From contig JANJGN010000071.1 in the NCBI GenBank assembly GCA_026770705.1, forward strand, positions 1,550,001 to 1,614,000: a DNA stretch of 64,000 nt. The letters are read 5' to 3'. This document shows positions 1 to 12,638 of the stretch, in pieces; the first letter of the stretch is position 1, and each line of letters opens with the position of its first letter. Source of the stretch: Isurus oxyrinchus. Lineage: Eukaryota. The notes beneath the pieces are model-generated. The model searched no databases and had not been told where the DNA came from. It saw nothing but the letters and a program-made list of their open reading frames with translations. Both the position numbers and the translations under genes were made by a program.

Positions 1-39
1 AATACTGACTCTCCGACAGTGCATCATGGACTCATAGAC

Positions 40-1780
40 TCATAGACACTTACAGGACAGAAGGAGGCCATTTAGCCCACAATATCCATGCTGGTCAGCA
101 ACTCCCTCCCCAAGTGCATCACCTCACACTTTTCCAGGTTGAATTCCATTTGCGTCGTGATCATTCCCCCTATATTTAAGTCCAATTCATTTATATACAC
201 CACAAACAGCAAGTGCCCCAGCACTGAGCCCTGTGGAACCCCACTGGAAACAGACATCCAGTCACAGAAACATCCCTCCACCATCACCCTCTGCTTCCTG
301 CCTCAGCCAATATTGGATCCAACGTGCCACTTTGCCTTGGATCCCATGGGCTCTTACTTTCTTGGCCTCTCTGCCAAGAGGCACCTTATCAAAAGCCTTC
401 CTCAGCCCATGTCGACCACAACAAAGGCATTACTCTCATCAACACTCCTGGTTACCTCCTCAAAAGATTTGATCAGGTTTGTCAAACATGACCTTCCCTT
501 AACAAATCCATGCTGAATATCCCAGATTAATCCTTGTCTCTCCCAGTGCAGATTCATTCTGTCCTTCAGAATTCTTACTAGTAACTTCCCCACCACCGAG
601 GTTAGACTGACTGGCCTGTAATTTCCTGATCTATCCCTTCCTCCCTTTTTTAATAATGGGACAACATTAGCCATCCTCCAGTCCTCTGGCACCTCACCTG
701 TGGCCAGAGAGGATTTGAAAATTACTGCCAGGGCCCCTGATATCTCTTCCCTTGCCTCCCTCAACAGCTTTGGATTCATCTCATCCAGGCTTGTGGATTT
801 ATCCACTTTTCAGGCCACTAAACCCACTAGTACCTCCTTTCTCCGCGTTAATTTCCTCTCATATTTCACTGCCCTCCACCCTGATGTTATACCTGCATCA
901 TCCTTTTCCATTGTGAAGACTGATGCAAAATATTCATTGAGGACTGTACCCACGTCTTCCAGGTCCACACACACATTACCTCGATAGTCCCTAATCGGCC
1001 CCACTCTTTACCGAGTTATTCTCCTGTTCTTTACATATTTAAAAAACCCCTCTGGGTTTTGCTTTATTCTACCCACCAGTGCTTTCTCATGCACTCGCTT
1101 ATCTTTCCTAATGTCCTTTTTCAGTTCCCCTCTGCACTATTTATACTCCTCTAGGGACTCTGCTGTATTGAGCCCTCAGTATCTGCCATAAGCTTCTCTT
1201 TTTTCTCAATCCTAACCTTTATGTTCCTTGTCTTCCAGGGTTCTCCAGACTTGGTCTCCCTCTTTGTCTTTACAGGAAGATATCTGCTCTGTACTCTCGC
1301 TATTCCCTCCTTGAATGCCTCCCACTGCTCTGACACAGTTTTATCTGCAAAGAGCTTCTCCCAGTCCACTTGGGCCCAATCATATCTCATCTTAGTAAAA
1401 TTAGCCTTTCCCCAGTTTAGAATTTTTATTCCCAGCACAAACTTATCCTTCTCCATAACTGTCCTAAATCCAATTGAGTTCCAGTCACTATCTCCCCTAC
1501 TGATACGCTTTCCAACTTCCCCGACGCTTTTCCATATATTAGGTCCAGAACTGTACCCTCCCTTGTTGAGCTTTCTATGCACAGGCTAAAAATCTTCTCC
1601 TGGATGCAACTTCAGAATTTTTCTCCCTCCCTACCTTGCTCACTAAAGCTGTCCCAGTTAATATTTGGGTAGTTAAAATCCCTGAGTATTACTGCTTTGT
1701 TATTCTTACACATCTCTGAAATGTGATCACATGTTGGATTGTCCATCTCTCCCTGACTGTTTGTTGGTTTTATATCTTGA
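40..1780 (-). mobile_element. CR1-type LINE ORF2 fragment (degraded, internally deleted)
   Basis: RT-like peptides VPEDWRMANVVPLLKKG..NYRPVSLTSVVGK, QHGFVKGRSCLTNL, SGVPQGSVLG; frameshifts. Confidence 0.9.
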
Positions 1781-1844
1781 GTCTATGAGTTCACTGGTTG
1801 ATTAAATTCGAACTGCACTGCTTCACATACACTTGTTAGTTGAT

Positions 1845-2048
1845 AAAAACAAAAAAACTGCGGATGCTGGAAATCCAAAATAAAAACAGAATTACCTGGA
1901 AAAACTCAGCAGGTCTGGCAGCATCGGCGGAGAAGAAAAGTGTTGACGTTTCGAGTCCTCATGACCTCAGTTCTGTCGAAGGGTCATGAGGACTCGAAAC
2001 ATCAACTCTTTTCTTCTCCCCCGATGCTGCCAGACCTGTTGAGTTATT
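1845..2048. mobile_element. Penelope-like derived inverted-repeat element
   Basis: ~1903-1966 is the reverse complement of ~1982-2045; related pieces at 14380-14515, 19120-19225, 30450-30535. Confidence 0.55.
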
Positions 2049-2309
2049 CTTAGCTGATGCTCGCTATCAATAACCAAGAGAGACCGACATTAGAACAAGC
2101 TGATTATTTATTGTAACAGAGGGCAGAGCACTAAATCCTTGCCTGCTCCCACAGCCACCTCCAGCTCTAGACTTACAGTTAACCAGTGGCCCACACTGTC
2201 CAGTGATTGGTCAGTACTGTCACATGGTTTATCCACTTGTATTCTCTTAAAGGTACCTGGCACTCCACATTATCACAGGAGGCCTATAGTACACACATAA
2301 CAGCATGTT

Positions 2310-2660
2310 TGCCTCCTCAGCACTGACCCTTCTACAGTGCAGCACTCCCTCATTACTGTCTCTCTAATAGTATAATGATCCCTCAGTAGTGCTCCTCCAA
2401 CATTGCACTGGTCAATCAGAACTGACGCTCTGACTGTGCAGTTTTACCTCAGCAGTAACCCTCCTACAGTGCAGCACTCCCACAGTACTGTCCCTCCTAC
2501 AGTGCAGCACTCCCTCAGGACTGACCCTCTGACAGTGCAGCACTCCCTCAGCACTGAACCTCTGGCAGTGCAGCACTCCCTCAGTACTGACTCTCTGACA
2601 GTGCAGCACTCCCTCAGTACTGACCCTCTGACAGTGCAGCACGCCCTCAATACTGAACTG
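2310..2660 (+). repeat. 33-bp minisatellite (ACAGTGCAGCACTCCCTCAGTACTGACCCTCTG)
   Basis: Tandem copies; produce spurious TVQHSLSTDPL ORFs. Confidence 0.9.
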
Positions 2661-2788
2661 AAGTGTCTGCCAGGATTACGGACTATGTGGTGAAAGAACC
2701 TACATTGACATCACACCTTTCACATTCTCAGTGTCTTTCAAAGTGCTTCACAGTCAGTGTAAGTTAACTGATCTGTATTTGTTTTTAG

Positions 2789-3070
2789 ACGCACCACGGA
2801 ATCTCTCAATTACTTCTCCAGATATGATGAACGCTTCATCGATCAATATAATTGAGGGGAATTCTGCAGTGATAATCTGCTCTGTCGAGAGCTTCCCAGC
2901 TTCTAACCTGATGTGGCGACATCTTAATGTCCCAATGAACAGAACAAGTTCCAACAATGAGCTGTGGTTGGTGATTCCTCACGTTACATCCAGGGACACT
3001 GGAGACTATCAGTGTGTGGCAGAGAATGAACATGGAGCAGTGGAGGGGTCCATAACCATTACTGTGGAAT
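2789..3070 (+). CDS. Gene A C2 Ig exon (activating-type Siglec-like; upstream exons not seen in window)
   Basis: 282 nt, ag|AC...T|gtgagt, open, near-identical to gene D repeats; upstream intron 2655-2788 matches 54490-54625. Confidence 0.82.
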
Positions 3071-4774
3071 GTGAGTGTACACAGACTTTAAAATTTCTCT
3101 CATCTCCGAACACATATACTCAGATGCTCTCCCACGCACACACACACAAGCACTCACAAATGTACAGACCCAAAGTGCATGCACACACACAATCCCACAC
3201 TCATGAGCACACAGAAAGACACACTCACACACAAACACAGTAGTACACACTTCCCTGTGAGTTACCTGACCTCCCTCAGTACTGCACTGGAGAGTTCTCC
3301 TGGATTCTGGGATATGTGTTCCCATTCATATTTATCGAAGAATATCCAAATTACAAAGTCTATTCCAGAAACTCACATGCACAAAGATTCCAACTGATAC
3401 TCCCCACCTCTCTGTGTATCTCTCTCCTCCTTTAAGAAGCTTCCTAATCCGTAACTCTTGCCTGTCCTAACTCCTCCTTATAATGCCCTGTGTCAAATTT
3501 TTTGTGTATCTGAGAGAAAGGGAGAGATACGGAAGTTTAGGAAGGGATTTCCTTTTAGTGAAGAGCTTACTTCTTTTTCTCACCTTTCCAGTGTTCAGTT
3601 TTGCCATCATGTCCAATGACCCTGTTTATAATGGGGGCATCCTATGTAAACGTCACACTGTCTTTACATCCTCCCATCAGTGGTGGCACTGTGGTGCTTA
3701 AGCTTGCACCTCCCAGCTTTTCAGCCAACTTCACTTCACAATTTGCTACATATGGTGTAAGTTCATCGAAATTAACATATATCAAACGGTAGATTTGATA
3801 ATACAGTTTATTGAAAGGTTCATCCGCGCTCTGGGAAGGGTTTACACTCTCCAGGAAGCAGGAATAGGCTGGATGTTGGGGAGTTCATCTTTTCCCAGAG
3901 AGTAGGGATACTCGGGAATGTGCTGTCAGTGGGTGTGGTGGTTGCTGTCTCTCTGTTGCCTTCAAGAGGGATCTGGAGTGGTTACTAACTGGGGGAGAGA
4001 TCATGGAAGCGGAGAATGATACAGCACAGGAGGAGGCCATTCAGCCCATTGTGCCTGTGCCAGGTCTTTCAATGTTCTATCCAATCAGATCCACTAACCA
4101 CCACTCCACTTTGCCCCCACCTTCTTCCTTCAAGTGTTTATCCAATTTCCCTTTTGAAAGTTCCTGTTGAATCTGCTTCCACCGCCCTTTCAGGCAGCAC
4201 CTTCCAGATCACAACAACTCGCTCTGTCAAAACAAATTCTCCTCATCTCCCCCTCCGGTTCATCAATCTGTGTCCCTCTGGTTACCGACCCTCCTGCCCC
4301 TTAAATACATTGATACTGTTCACCTCGACCACTCCCAGTGGGAGCGAGTTCCACATTCTCCCCTCTCTCTGGGTAAAGATTGGAACTGTTTATTAAGCGG
4401 GGGGTGTAAGTTCATGGGGGAGTCCATCTCGATCCTGCCTGATTTGCACACGCGTCCGAGATGGATTTCCACCCTGCACTAAACGTTTCCAGAATTTTCT
4501 ACAGCACAATCCTGTACACAGCGATGGAGAGAAACATTGGACAGGGAGTCCAACAGCACAATGATCCATTCTCACCAATGTTCCACGCTAAGGGGAAAGT
4601 TCCGATTGTCCACTCTTAGAGTGTTTACAATGAAAACATTCATTCCACATTGAATCCCAGTGGATGGGTCAATATTACAGCAAATGTTGCAGTGATATGA
4701 AGCTTGATTGTTCAGCCAGAGTGAGAGATTGAAAGCGGAGAGTCAGTGATGATTTCTTTCTGTGTGTTCTCTAG

Positions 4775-4914
4775 ACAGTGGAGGAGAGATTCTGCACGTG
4801 ATCCTGATCCTGGGAATACGAGCTGTGATATTCCTTGTGGCTGTGGTTATCACTATCGCTGGAGTCTGTGTCTGGGAGAGACAAACAGTGACAGGAAGTC
4901 GACAGACTGTTTGA
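4775..4914 (+). CDS. Gene A TM plus short tail exon with intramembrane Arg
   Basis: ctctag|AC; YSGGEILHVILILGIRAVIFLVAVVITIAGVCVWERQTVTGSRQTV*; phase matches the C2 exon; Arg codon 4819-4821; no Tyr motif in tail. Confidence 0.8.
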
Positions 4915-5044
4915 AGCTTTGTACAGCAACAATCTGGTCAGTCAGTGCGGACAAATAACGTGTGATGTTGGGTTAAATAGTAAAGAAACTGGTCAGTGTC
5001 CTGGTTAGAATCACCTTCGTATCAGAGAGGCATTCCAGCACAGT

Positions 5045-5635
5045 GGGAGCCCATTCAGCCCATTGAGTCCATGCTGTCTCTCTGTAGAGCAATCCAGTCA
5101 GTCCCATTCCCCCGCTCTATCCCTGTATCCCTGTGAGTTTATTTCCCCTCAAGTGTCCATCCAATTTCCTTTTGAAATCGTTCATCGTCTCCACTTCCAC
5201 CATCCTCGTAGGCAGCGAATTCCAGCTCATTACCACTCGCTGTGTAAAAAAGTTCCTTCTCACATCCCCCCTCTGCCCAAAACCTTCAATCTGTGTCCCC
5301 CAGTCCTTGTCCCATCAGCTAATGGCAACAGCTTGTCTTTGTCTACATTATCTAAACCCATCATCATCTTGTACACCTCGATCAGATCCCCCCTCAATCT
5401 CCTTTGCTCCAAGGAGAACAACCCCAGCTTCTCCAACCCAACCTTGTAGCTAAAATCCCTCATCCCTGGACCCATTCTGCTCAATCTCCTCCCCACCCTC
5501 TCAAGGACCCTCACTTCCTTCCCAAAGTGGGGAGACCAGAACTGGACACAATACTCTAGTTGTGACCTAACCAGAGCTTTATAAATGTTCAGCATAACCT
5601 CCCTGTGTTTGTATTCAATCCCTCGATTTATGAAA
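5045..5635 (-). mobile_element. CR1 LINE 3' fragment
   Basis: LVRSQLEYCVQFWSP..LGLFSLEQRRLRGDLIEVYK. Confidence 0.88.
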
Positions 5636-6329
5636 AGCTTATTCTTTCCATCAGCACAAACAGCAATTTCCAAGCGGACTCCCATCAGCAGACAGAGTGC
5701 AATGAAACATCGGCATGCCTGCTTCTTAATGTACGGAGAGAAACCTGGAACGAGAGATTCTCCTTCTTCTCCTCAGCAAGCTGAAACTTTTCCTTATACC
5801 TGGTGCTCCCCAGTCCTGCTGTGTGGACACATCATAACCACGGCATTGTCTGGCTGTGTGCAGCCAACATGGTCGAATAGGAATGAACAGAAATGTGACG
5901 TTGCTAAACTCTGTTCTCTGATTGGAATGTGCTTTCTGAATGCTGCACCTTTTTCATGCTGCGATAGATTGTAAGAAGCATTTGGGTTATGAATAAAATT
6001 ACATTGATTAACACAAGTGATTAAAATGCTCAGCCTGTTCTGTAGATACTTATGGATTAAAATTCTTATTTTGCTGCCAGATTCTTGGCTCAAAGACATT
6101 ACTTCATGTTGTCACTTTTTCCAGTCAGATGAATTCCTTTATAATGGAAATTTTCAATGTAAACACGTCACATTGCAGCTGCACACAATTGCCAGTAGGT
6201 GGTGTGATATCAAAGCTGTCTTGCTGCTCAGAAAGAGAGAGAAATATTCCTGATAAATGCATGAACTTCATGTGTGCATCAGACACTGACATCAGATGCA
6301 ATTTTGTGCAATTTGTGCAATGTATTTTA

Positions 6330-6680
6330 GACAGTGCAGCACTCCCTCAGTTTAGACCCTCCAGCAGTGCAGCACTCCCTCAGTTCAGACCCTCCAATGG
6401 GTGCAGCACTCTCTCAGTTTAGACCCTCCAACAGTGCAGCACTCCCTCAGTTCTGACCGGCCGACAGTGCAGCACTCCCTCAGTGCCAACACTCTGACAG
6501 TGCAGAACTCCCTCACAGCTGTCCCTCAAACAGAGCAGCACTCCCTCGCTGCTTATCCTCCATCAGTGCAGCACACCTCAATACTGACGCGCCAACAGTG
6601 CAGCACTCCCTCAGTACTGACCCTCTGACAGGGTAGCACTCCAACAATACTGACCCTCCGACAGTGCAGAACATGCTTAG
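6330..6680 (+). repeat. 33-bp minisatellite
   Basis: Tandem copies. Confidence 0.85.
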
Positions 6681-6859
6681 TATTTCTCCTCCAACAGCAT
6701 TTTTAAATATAAACCCTCAGAGCCATGGTAGAAATTTGAAGTTAACAAACAGCAAACAGAAAGATCACAGAGTCATGATGAATTGCCAACAGTTTGATTC
6801 TGTTGTAACGCATTGTGAAATTACGGACTCACTCCTACTGCCTGTTTACTCACTCCTTT

Positions 6860-7002
6860 GCTACTTCCCCATTTTGTCTCACAGAGACACATCAACCCTT
6901 TCTCACTAAATACACAGAGGGGGCAGCACAGGAAGAGGTCATTCAGCCCAAGCAGAGCGTGTGGGCAGTTCCTCCCCAGGCGAGCAGTCGGACAGGTCCT
7001 GG
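6860..7002 (+). promoter_or_regulatory. Gene B putative promoter and non-coding exon
   Basis: Homologous to 12055-12195 and 59805-59945; ETS core ACTTCC; donor G|gtaagt. Confidence 0.45.
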
Positions 7003-7336
7003 GTAAGTAACGGAACGATTGGAATTCACTTCCACGACCAACACCGTCCTTTGTTGATGTTGTGACTTAATAAAGACAGATTCCAATGATTGATGCCTTT
7101 GAAAGATTTCTACTGATTATTGAGATCAGGGTGTGAGGCTCAAGTCTGTTGTACAGAAAATCTTTCTAGCTCAAGGGATGAGGGAAGTGCAGAGACATGA
7201 GCTTGGGGGCGTCCTGAGGTGGTGAAAGGTGCTATAGAAATGCAAGTCTTTCATTGTTTTTCTTTCTTAAAGCCTTGTAACTCTCTGCAGAGCAACTATC
7301 ATCCCACAGAGAATCAAATTAGTCTGTGAAGACATT

Positions 7337-7974
7337 GGGCTGAATTTCCAGCCTGTCGAGCGGGTGGGCCTGACCCAATCTCCAGCGGGCGGGGAGCCAA
7401 TCCCCACCGGAGAAGCGGGCCCCGCCGCCATTTTAAGTGGGCGTGCCAATTAAGGCCCACCCAGCGTGATGTCCGGCGGGAAGGGCTATGCCCTTCCTGT
7501 GTGGGCCGGGGGTGGGGGGTGGGTGGTGGGGACATTCCCCAAATGCAAGAGTGCGCTCTGTCACACATGCGCATGATAAAGCCCACATCACCCTGAGGCT
7601 TGGTGCTGCCTCAGGGAGATCGCTGAAAGGTTTTCAAACAATCAAAATAGAAAAATAAAAAAATCCTCAACATGTCCCCCTCACGTGACAATGTCACTCG
7701 AGATGGGACATGTTAATAAACTGCACCAAAACTTGAATAAACTCTTTTAAAACCGACATGAGTCCTCGTCCCGCCGGTGGATGAGGTTTCATGTTTTCTC
7801 TAGTTGTCGCTGGAGCTCCTGCCCTGCCCACCAGCATTAAGGTTAGACCGGCAGGTCGGTTCATTGTTTAAATGTTCCTGTCAATGGCTTCAATTGGCCA
7901 TTGACAGGTCGGCGGGCCCTCAGCTGATTTCACTGCACCCCTGTCTCCTGCTCACCGACAGTGAAACTCTGCCC
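7337..7974. mobile_element. Non-autonomous DNA transposon (PIF/Harbinger-like MITE)
   Basis: Termini GGGCTGAATTTC...GAAACTCTGCCC, 3-bp duplication ATT; empty site GACATTGTC in paralog C near 12517. Confidence 0.7.
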
Positions 7975-8093
7975 ATTGTCTAAAAGCAGTTCTGATCTCT
8001 GGAGAGCTGTCGGACAAGAGGTGAGGTCTCATTAACTCCTTTCTTTTTCACAGCTTGAGAGTGAGAAGCTGATGAAATATCTGCGAGTGGACA

Positions 8094-10936
8094 ATGATCT
8101 TACTTCCTCCTGTCACTTCTCCAAGGTAATATCATCGTCAGCTCGGACAGATTTATGGTTAATAGTCTTTGTAAAAGATCATTCTTATTGAGCTGTGATT
8201 GGGAACCGATTCAGCAGTGAGCCAGTGTACAAACTCACACCAATTCCCATTCACCCATCACCCCTGTGATCACTGATATACACTGACTCCCTGTCTGACA
8301 GCAACAGAAAATTAAAATCCAGGTCATCCTGTAGAAATCCCTCCAAAATTTTGCAACTCTCCCTATCCATGTTACCTCCTCCAGCCCATACCAACCTCCC
8401 TATCTCTGTAACATCTTCCAGCACATATATTACTCCCTACCTCTGTAACCTTGCCCTGCTCCTACAATCCTCCCTATCTCAGTAACCTCCTCCAGCCCCT
8501 ACCACTCTCCCTAACTCTATAACCAACTCCAGCCCCTATATCCTTCGCTATCTCTGTTAATTTCTCCAGCCCCTACAAACCTCCCTTTCTCTGTAACCTC
8601 ATCCACCATTACAACCCTCCCTATTTCTGTAATCTCCTCCAGTACCTACAACCCTCCGAGATCTCTGCACTCCTCCAATTCCAGCATCTTGACCATCCCC
8701 CGATTCCCAACATTCCATTATTGGCGGCCGTGCCTTCAGCTGCCTGGGCCCCGAGCTCTGGAATTCAAAATCAAAATTCAGGGATGAATAAACTCCAATA
8801 TTCCATTCCCTGAGAGGCCATGATTACATCACAGCAGCATTCAGAATAGACAGAGGGTCCAGCCCTCACACTTCTTGCACAGTTTCACCATAATGAAATG
8901 AATTAACTGAAAGGTAAACCGTCAGTGCAGAGAGATGAGATATTTACACAGTTTCCCTGTGTATCTTGTAGACACTGTGTTGGGTGGAAGACTGGCTTCA
9001 CTAAACAGGGTCCTGAGGACCATGAGCCAATGTAGAATGAACTTGTCCACTCCTGTGTCCAGGATTCTCTTCCATCCATTGTGAAAACTTGGGGAGTTCC
9101 TTGTGTGTCCTGTAGATGGTCCACACTGCAGCCACTGTGCCCCAGTGATGGAAGGGGTGGATATCGAGTCTAGTGAAGCTACAAAACATCCAGAGTTAAA
9201 TATTGATATTTCTCTCCCCAGTTGGACTGTCACAAGAGTGGAAAGGTGACACTCCACGAGAGGTGACAGCGCAGGAATATTCGTGTGTACAGATTCCATG
9301 TCATTACAGCTACCCATCGTGTCTGGAAAACCAACTGCAAATTGGAATCTGATTTAATGACAAAGTCTTGATAAGATTCTTTATAGCCTTTCACTCCAAG
9401 GATAATAATCGCGAGTTACCACTGTTCCAGCATCGGACCCGGCTGTCTGGAGACCTGAAAGATAGTGACTGTTCCCTGATTATAAACAACATCAGACGGG
9501 AAGATGCAGGACCTCATTTTTTCAGCATAAAATTTGACAATGGTCCGAGCCATAACTATTACCCTGCAACCCGGCTTCACATTTCTGGTATGTGCGGTGT
9601 TATAATTACTCAACAATCCACATTCAACACTCAATGGGAATGAACACAAACTCTGACGTTTACATAATAACACTGTTATGACATGGCAGGTGATGTGTGC
9701 CAAGTGGAGAGAATCCACAAAGGGAACTTGGCCAAGCATAATTTCCAACTACACACCCCCTTGAAGGCAACAATCCCAATAAATCTTAAATGGAAATGGG
9801 AATCCGGCAAGGTTACTGCAGCACCCACTTGACAGTGTAATTCCAAAGTCTTTTAACACACCTTTAAGTACTGGAGCAGCAAAAGTGAACAGAAACGTTT
9901 TACCCAAGGCTGCTTCACCTACTGTACCTTTCAAGAAATTCATGTCCCCCTCCCACATAACATTCCATCCTTCTTTATGTTGGTTTCTCTCTCTCCAATG
10001 TATAAAATCCCATTGTTGCACCTTTCTTGGGAAATACACTTTTCCCAAAATATAAAAATCTTTCATGTTGTCAATATGGCCCATTCCTTTTGGGAAGAAT
10101 ACACATAATAACCTTGCCCTGGTTATCTTGTTAATTATAAACACCCAACTACCCTTTGACAATCAAACATTCTCTTTACTGATCTAAAATTTCATTTACA
10201 GCTTTTCTGTGGAACCCTCATCCTAGCTTGTCCATCCCCATTTCAGAAGTCTGCTTTGCACCAAACTCTATTGATAATTTTAACCTCATAGTTGATCTGA
10301 CTCAAATTCAATTAAATCAGACCCACAGACGGAACCATCCACATTCATTCCCATAAGCCGACAATATTATTCTGAAAAATATCATAGTTTCATCACAACA
10401 TAAAACACAGTTTAGTATAACGCAGAGTCTGATTCTCAATAACCTGGTGATAGCTTCCATTCAGTCCAAAAGCAACCTCTAATACTCACTTTAATATCAA
10501 TGATTAAATGTATTGAATGTGTCCATCAATGTTATCAGGTCATCCACTCCCATCTATCTCTAATCTTAAGGCTGTGATTTCTATTTGAACTGATGCTTCA
10601 CGTTATATTTCTCTAAAAGGATCCATTCTCTGTCTGTTAGATTTCACAGATAAACCCACGATATTCCCTGCTGAAATTATTGCAGGAAAGCGTGTGGATG
10701 TAAGCTGCACCTTCAACACAACGTGCAATGGAACAGCAGCACCTGTCTTAACCTGGGACACTCCCACTGACGTACCTGGATCAGTCTCAAACACTGTAAC
10801 TCAGCATGGTGTCACTCTGACCTATACTTCTGTTCTGACCCTGATCCCACACTCAAACACCACGGACACACTCTCAGCTGCAGAGTGAGATATCCATCTG
10901 TTTCATCGGAGCGGACCCTCGTACTAACTGTGCAAG
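8094..10936 (+). pseudogene. Gene B: truncated Siglec-like pseudogene (leader 8094-8125, V 9222-9587, D2 10641-10936)
   Basis: 8-nt deletion in leader, TGA at 9350-9352 in V, essential Arg replaced by Ser (FFSIK), 1-nt deletion in D2; no C2 or TM exon before the gene C 5' flank. Confidence 0.88.
9674..10397. mobile_element. Solo LTR-like insertion in gene B intron
   Basis: TGTTATGA...TCATCACA ends, near 4-bp TSD (ACAC/ACAT), absent from paralogs C and D; related to 37768-38658 and 60462-61275. Confidence 0.6.
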
Positions 10937-11149
10937 GTAAGAACGGACACCCTTCATTATACATTCGCTGGAACAGTCTAGATGACGCACAGCCGGATCC
11001 CATAGAAAGGTATTCTGATGACAATCAGATAATCTGTTTTTTAAAGAAAATGGTGACCAGAATACAATTAATAACAGTTTCTGAACATTAACATAGGGGC
11101 TTTTATGTCCAGCCAAGGGGCTGATAGAGCAGAGCAGGAATCGCAATGT

Positions 11150-11815
11150 ACTCACCCCCTGACAGTGCAGCACTCCCTCAGTACTGACCCTCTGACAGTG
11201 CAGCACGCCCTCAATACTGAACCTCTGACAGTACAACACTCCCTCAGTACTGACCCTCCGACAGTGCAGCACTCCCTCAGTACTGACCCTCTGACAGTGC
11301 AGCGCTCTCTCAGTACTGACCCTCCAACAGTACAACACTCCGTCAGTACTGACCCTCCGACAGTGCGGCACACCCTCAGGACTGACCCACCGACAGTGCA
11401 GCACTCCATCAGTACTGACCCTCCAACAGTGCAACAATTCCTCAGTACTGTCCCTCTGACAGTGCAACACTCCCTCAAAACTGTCTCTCCGACAGATTAG
11501 CACTCCCTCAATACTGTCCCTCTAACAGTGTAGCACTCCCTCAGCACTGACCTTCCGAGAGCGCAGCACCCCCTCAATACTGACCCTCTGACAGTGTAGC
11601 ACTCCCTCAGTACTGATCCTCCGAAAGTGCAGCACTCCCTCAGTACTGTCCCTCTGACAGTGTAGCACTCCCTCAGTACTGACCCTCCGACAGTGCAGCA
11701 CTCCCTCAGTACTGTCCCTCTGACAGTGTAGCACTCCCTCAGTACTGACCCTCTGACAGTGCAGCACTCGTTCAGTCCTGACCCTCTGACAGTGCAGCAC
11801 TCCCTCAGTACTGAC
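11150..11815 (+). repeat. 33-bp minisatellite
   Basis: ~20 tandem copies. Confidence 0.9.
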
Positions 11816-12054
11816 ACTGGGGAATTTCAGTCTACTCTGTGGGGCAGGCATCTCCTGAATGGGGTCTTGAACCCCAGAAAATTCTACAACATACTGACTC
11901 CCTGAGTTCGGGTGTGAAACCCACTGACCCACAGGAGAAACTCCTGGTTAATGACTGTCCATCAGTGAGCAGAAATATCACCACAGGGTCAGGACACAAA
12001 GCGTTAACAGTTCACCAACATCTCAAAACATGAGCTGCTCTGTCACTTTGATCC

Positions 12055-12195
12055 AACTTCCTCATTTTGTCTCACAGAGACACATCAACCCTTTCTCATT
12101 AAATACACAGAGGGAGCAGCACAGGAAGAGGTCATTCAGCCCAAGCAGAGCGTGTGGGCAGTTCCTCCCCAGGCGAGCAGTCAGACAGGTCCTGG
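12055..12195 (+). promoter_or_regulatory. Gene C putative promoter and non-coding exon
   Basis: AACTTCCTCATTTT (PU.1-like) at 12055-12068; donor G|gtaagt. Confidence 0.45.
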
Positions 12196-12638
12196 GTAAG
12201 TAACGGAACGATTGGAATTCACTTCCACGACCAACACCGTCCTTTGTTGATGTTGTGACTTTATAAAGACAGGTTCCAATGATTGATGCCTTTGAAAGAT
12301 TTCTATGATTATTGAGATCTGGGTGTGAGGCTCAAGTCTGTTGTACAGAAAATCTTTCTAGCTCAAGGGATGAGGGAACTGTAGATACTTTGGGATGCCC
12401 TGATGTGGTGAATGGTGCTATAGAAATGCAAGTCCTTTGTTGTTTTTCATTCTTAAAGCCTTGTAACTCTCTGCAGAACACCTATCATCCCACAGAGAAT
12501 CAAATTATTCTGTGAAGACATTGTCTAAGAGCAGTTCTGATCTCTCGAGAGCTGGTGGACAAGAGGTGAGGTCTCATTAACTCCTTTCCCTTTCAGAGTT
12601 TCAGAGTGAGAAGCTGATGAAATATCTGGGAGTGGATA

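Noticed and set aside
4746-4958. ORF MMISFCVFSRQWRRDS... (and its copy at 17178)
   Set aside because: Wrong frame; the splice-compatible frame encodes the TM helix.
9100-9165. Possible cassette exon upstream of the V exons (cctgtag|ATGGTCC...), conserved in B, C and D
   Set aside because: No good frame-preserving donor; conservation is explained by recent duplication.
11150-11815. Regular repeat arrays as a possible CRISPR
   Set aside because: Tandem units without unique spacers, eukaryotic context, no cas genes.
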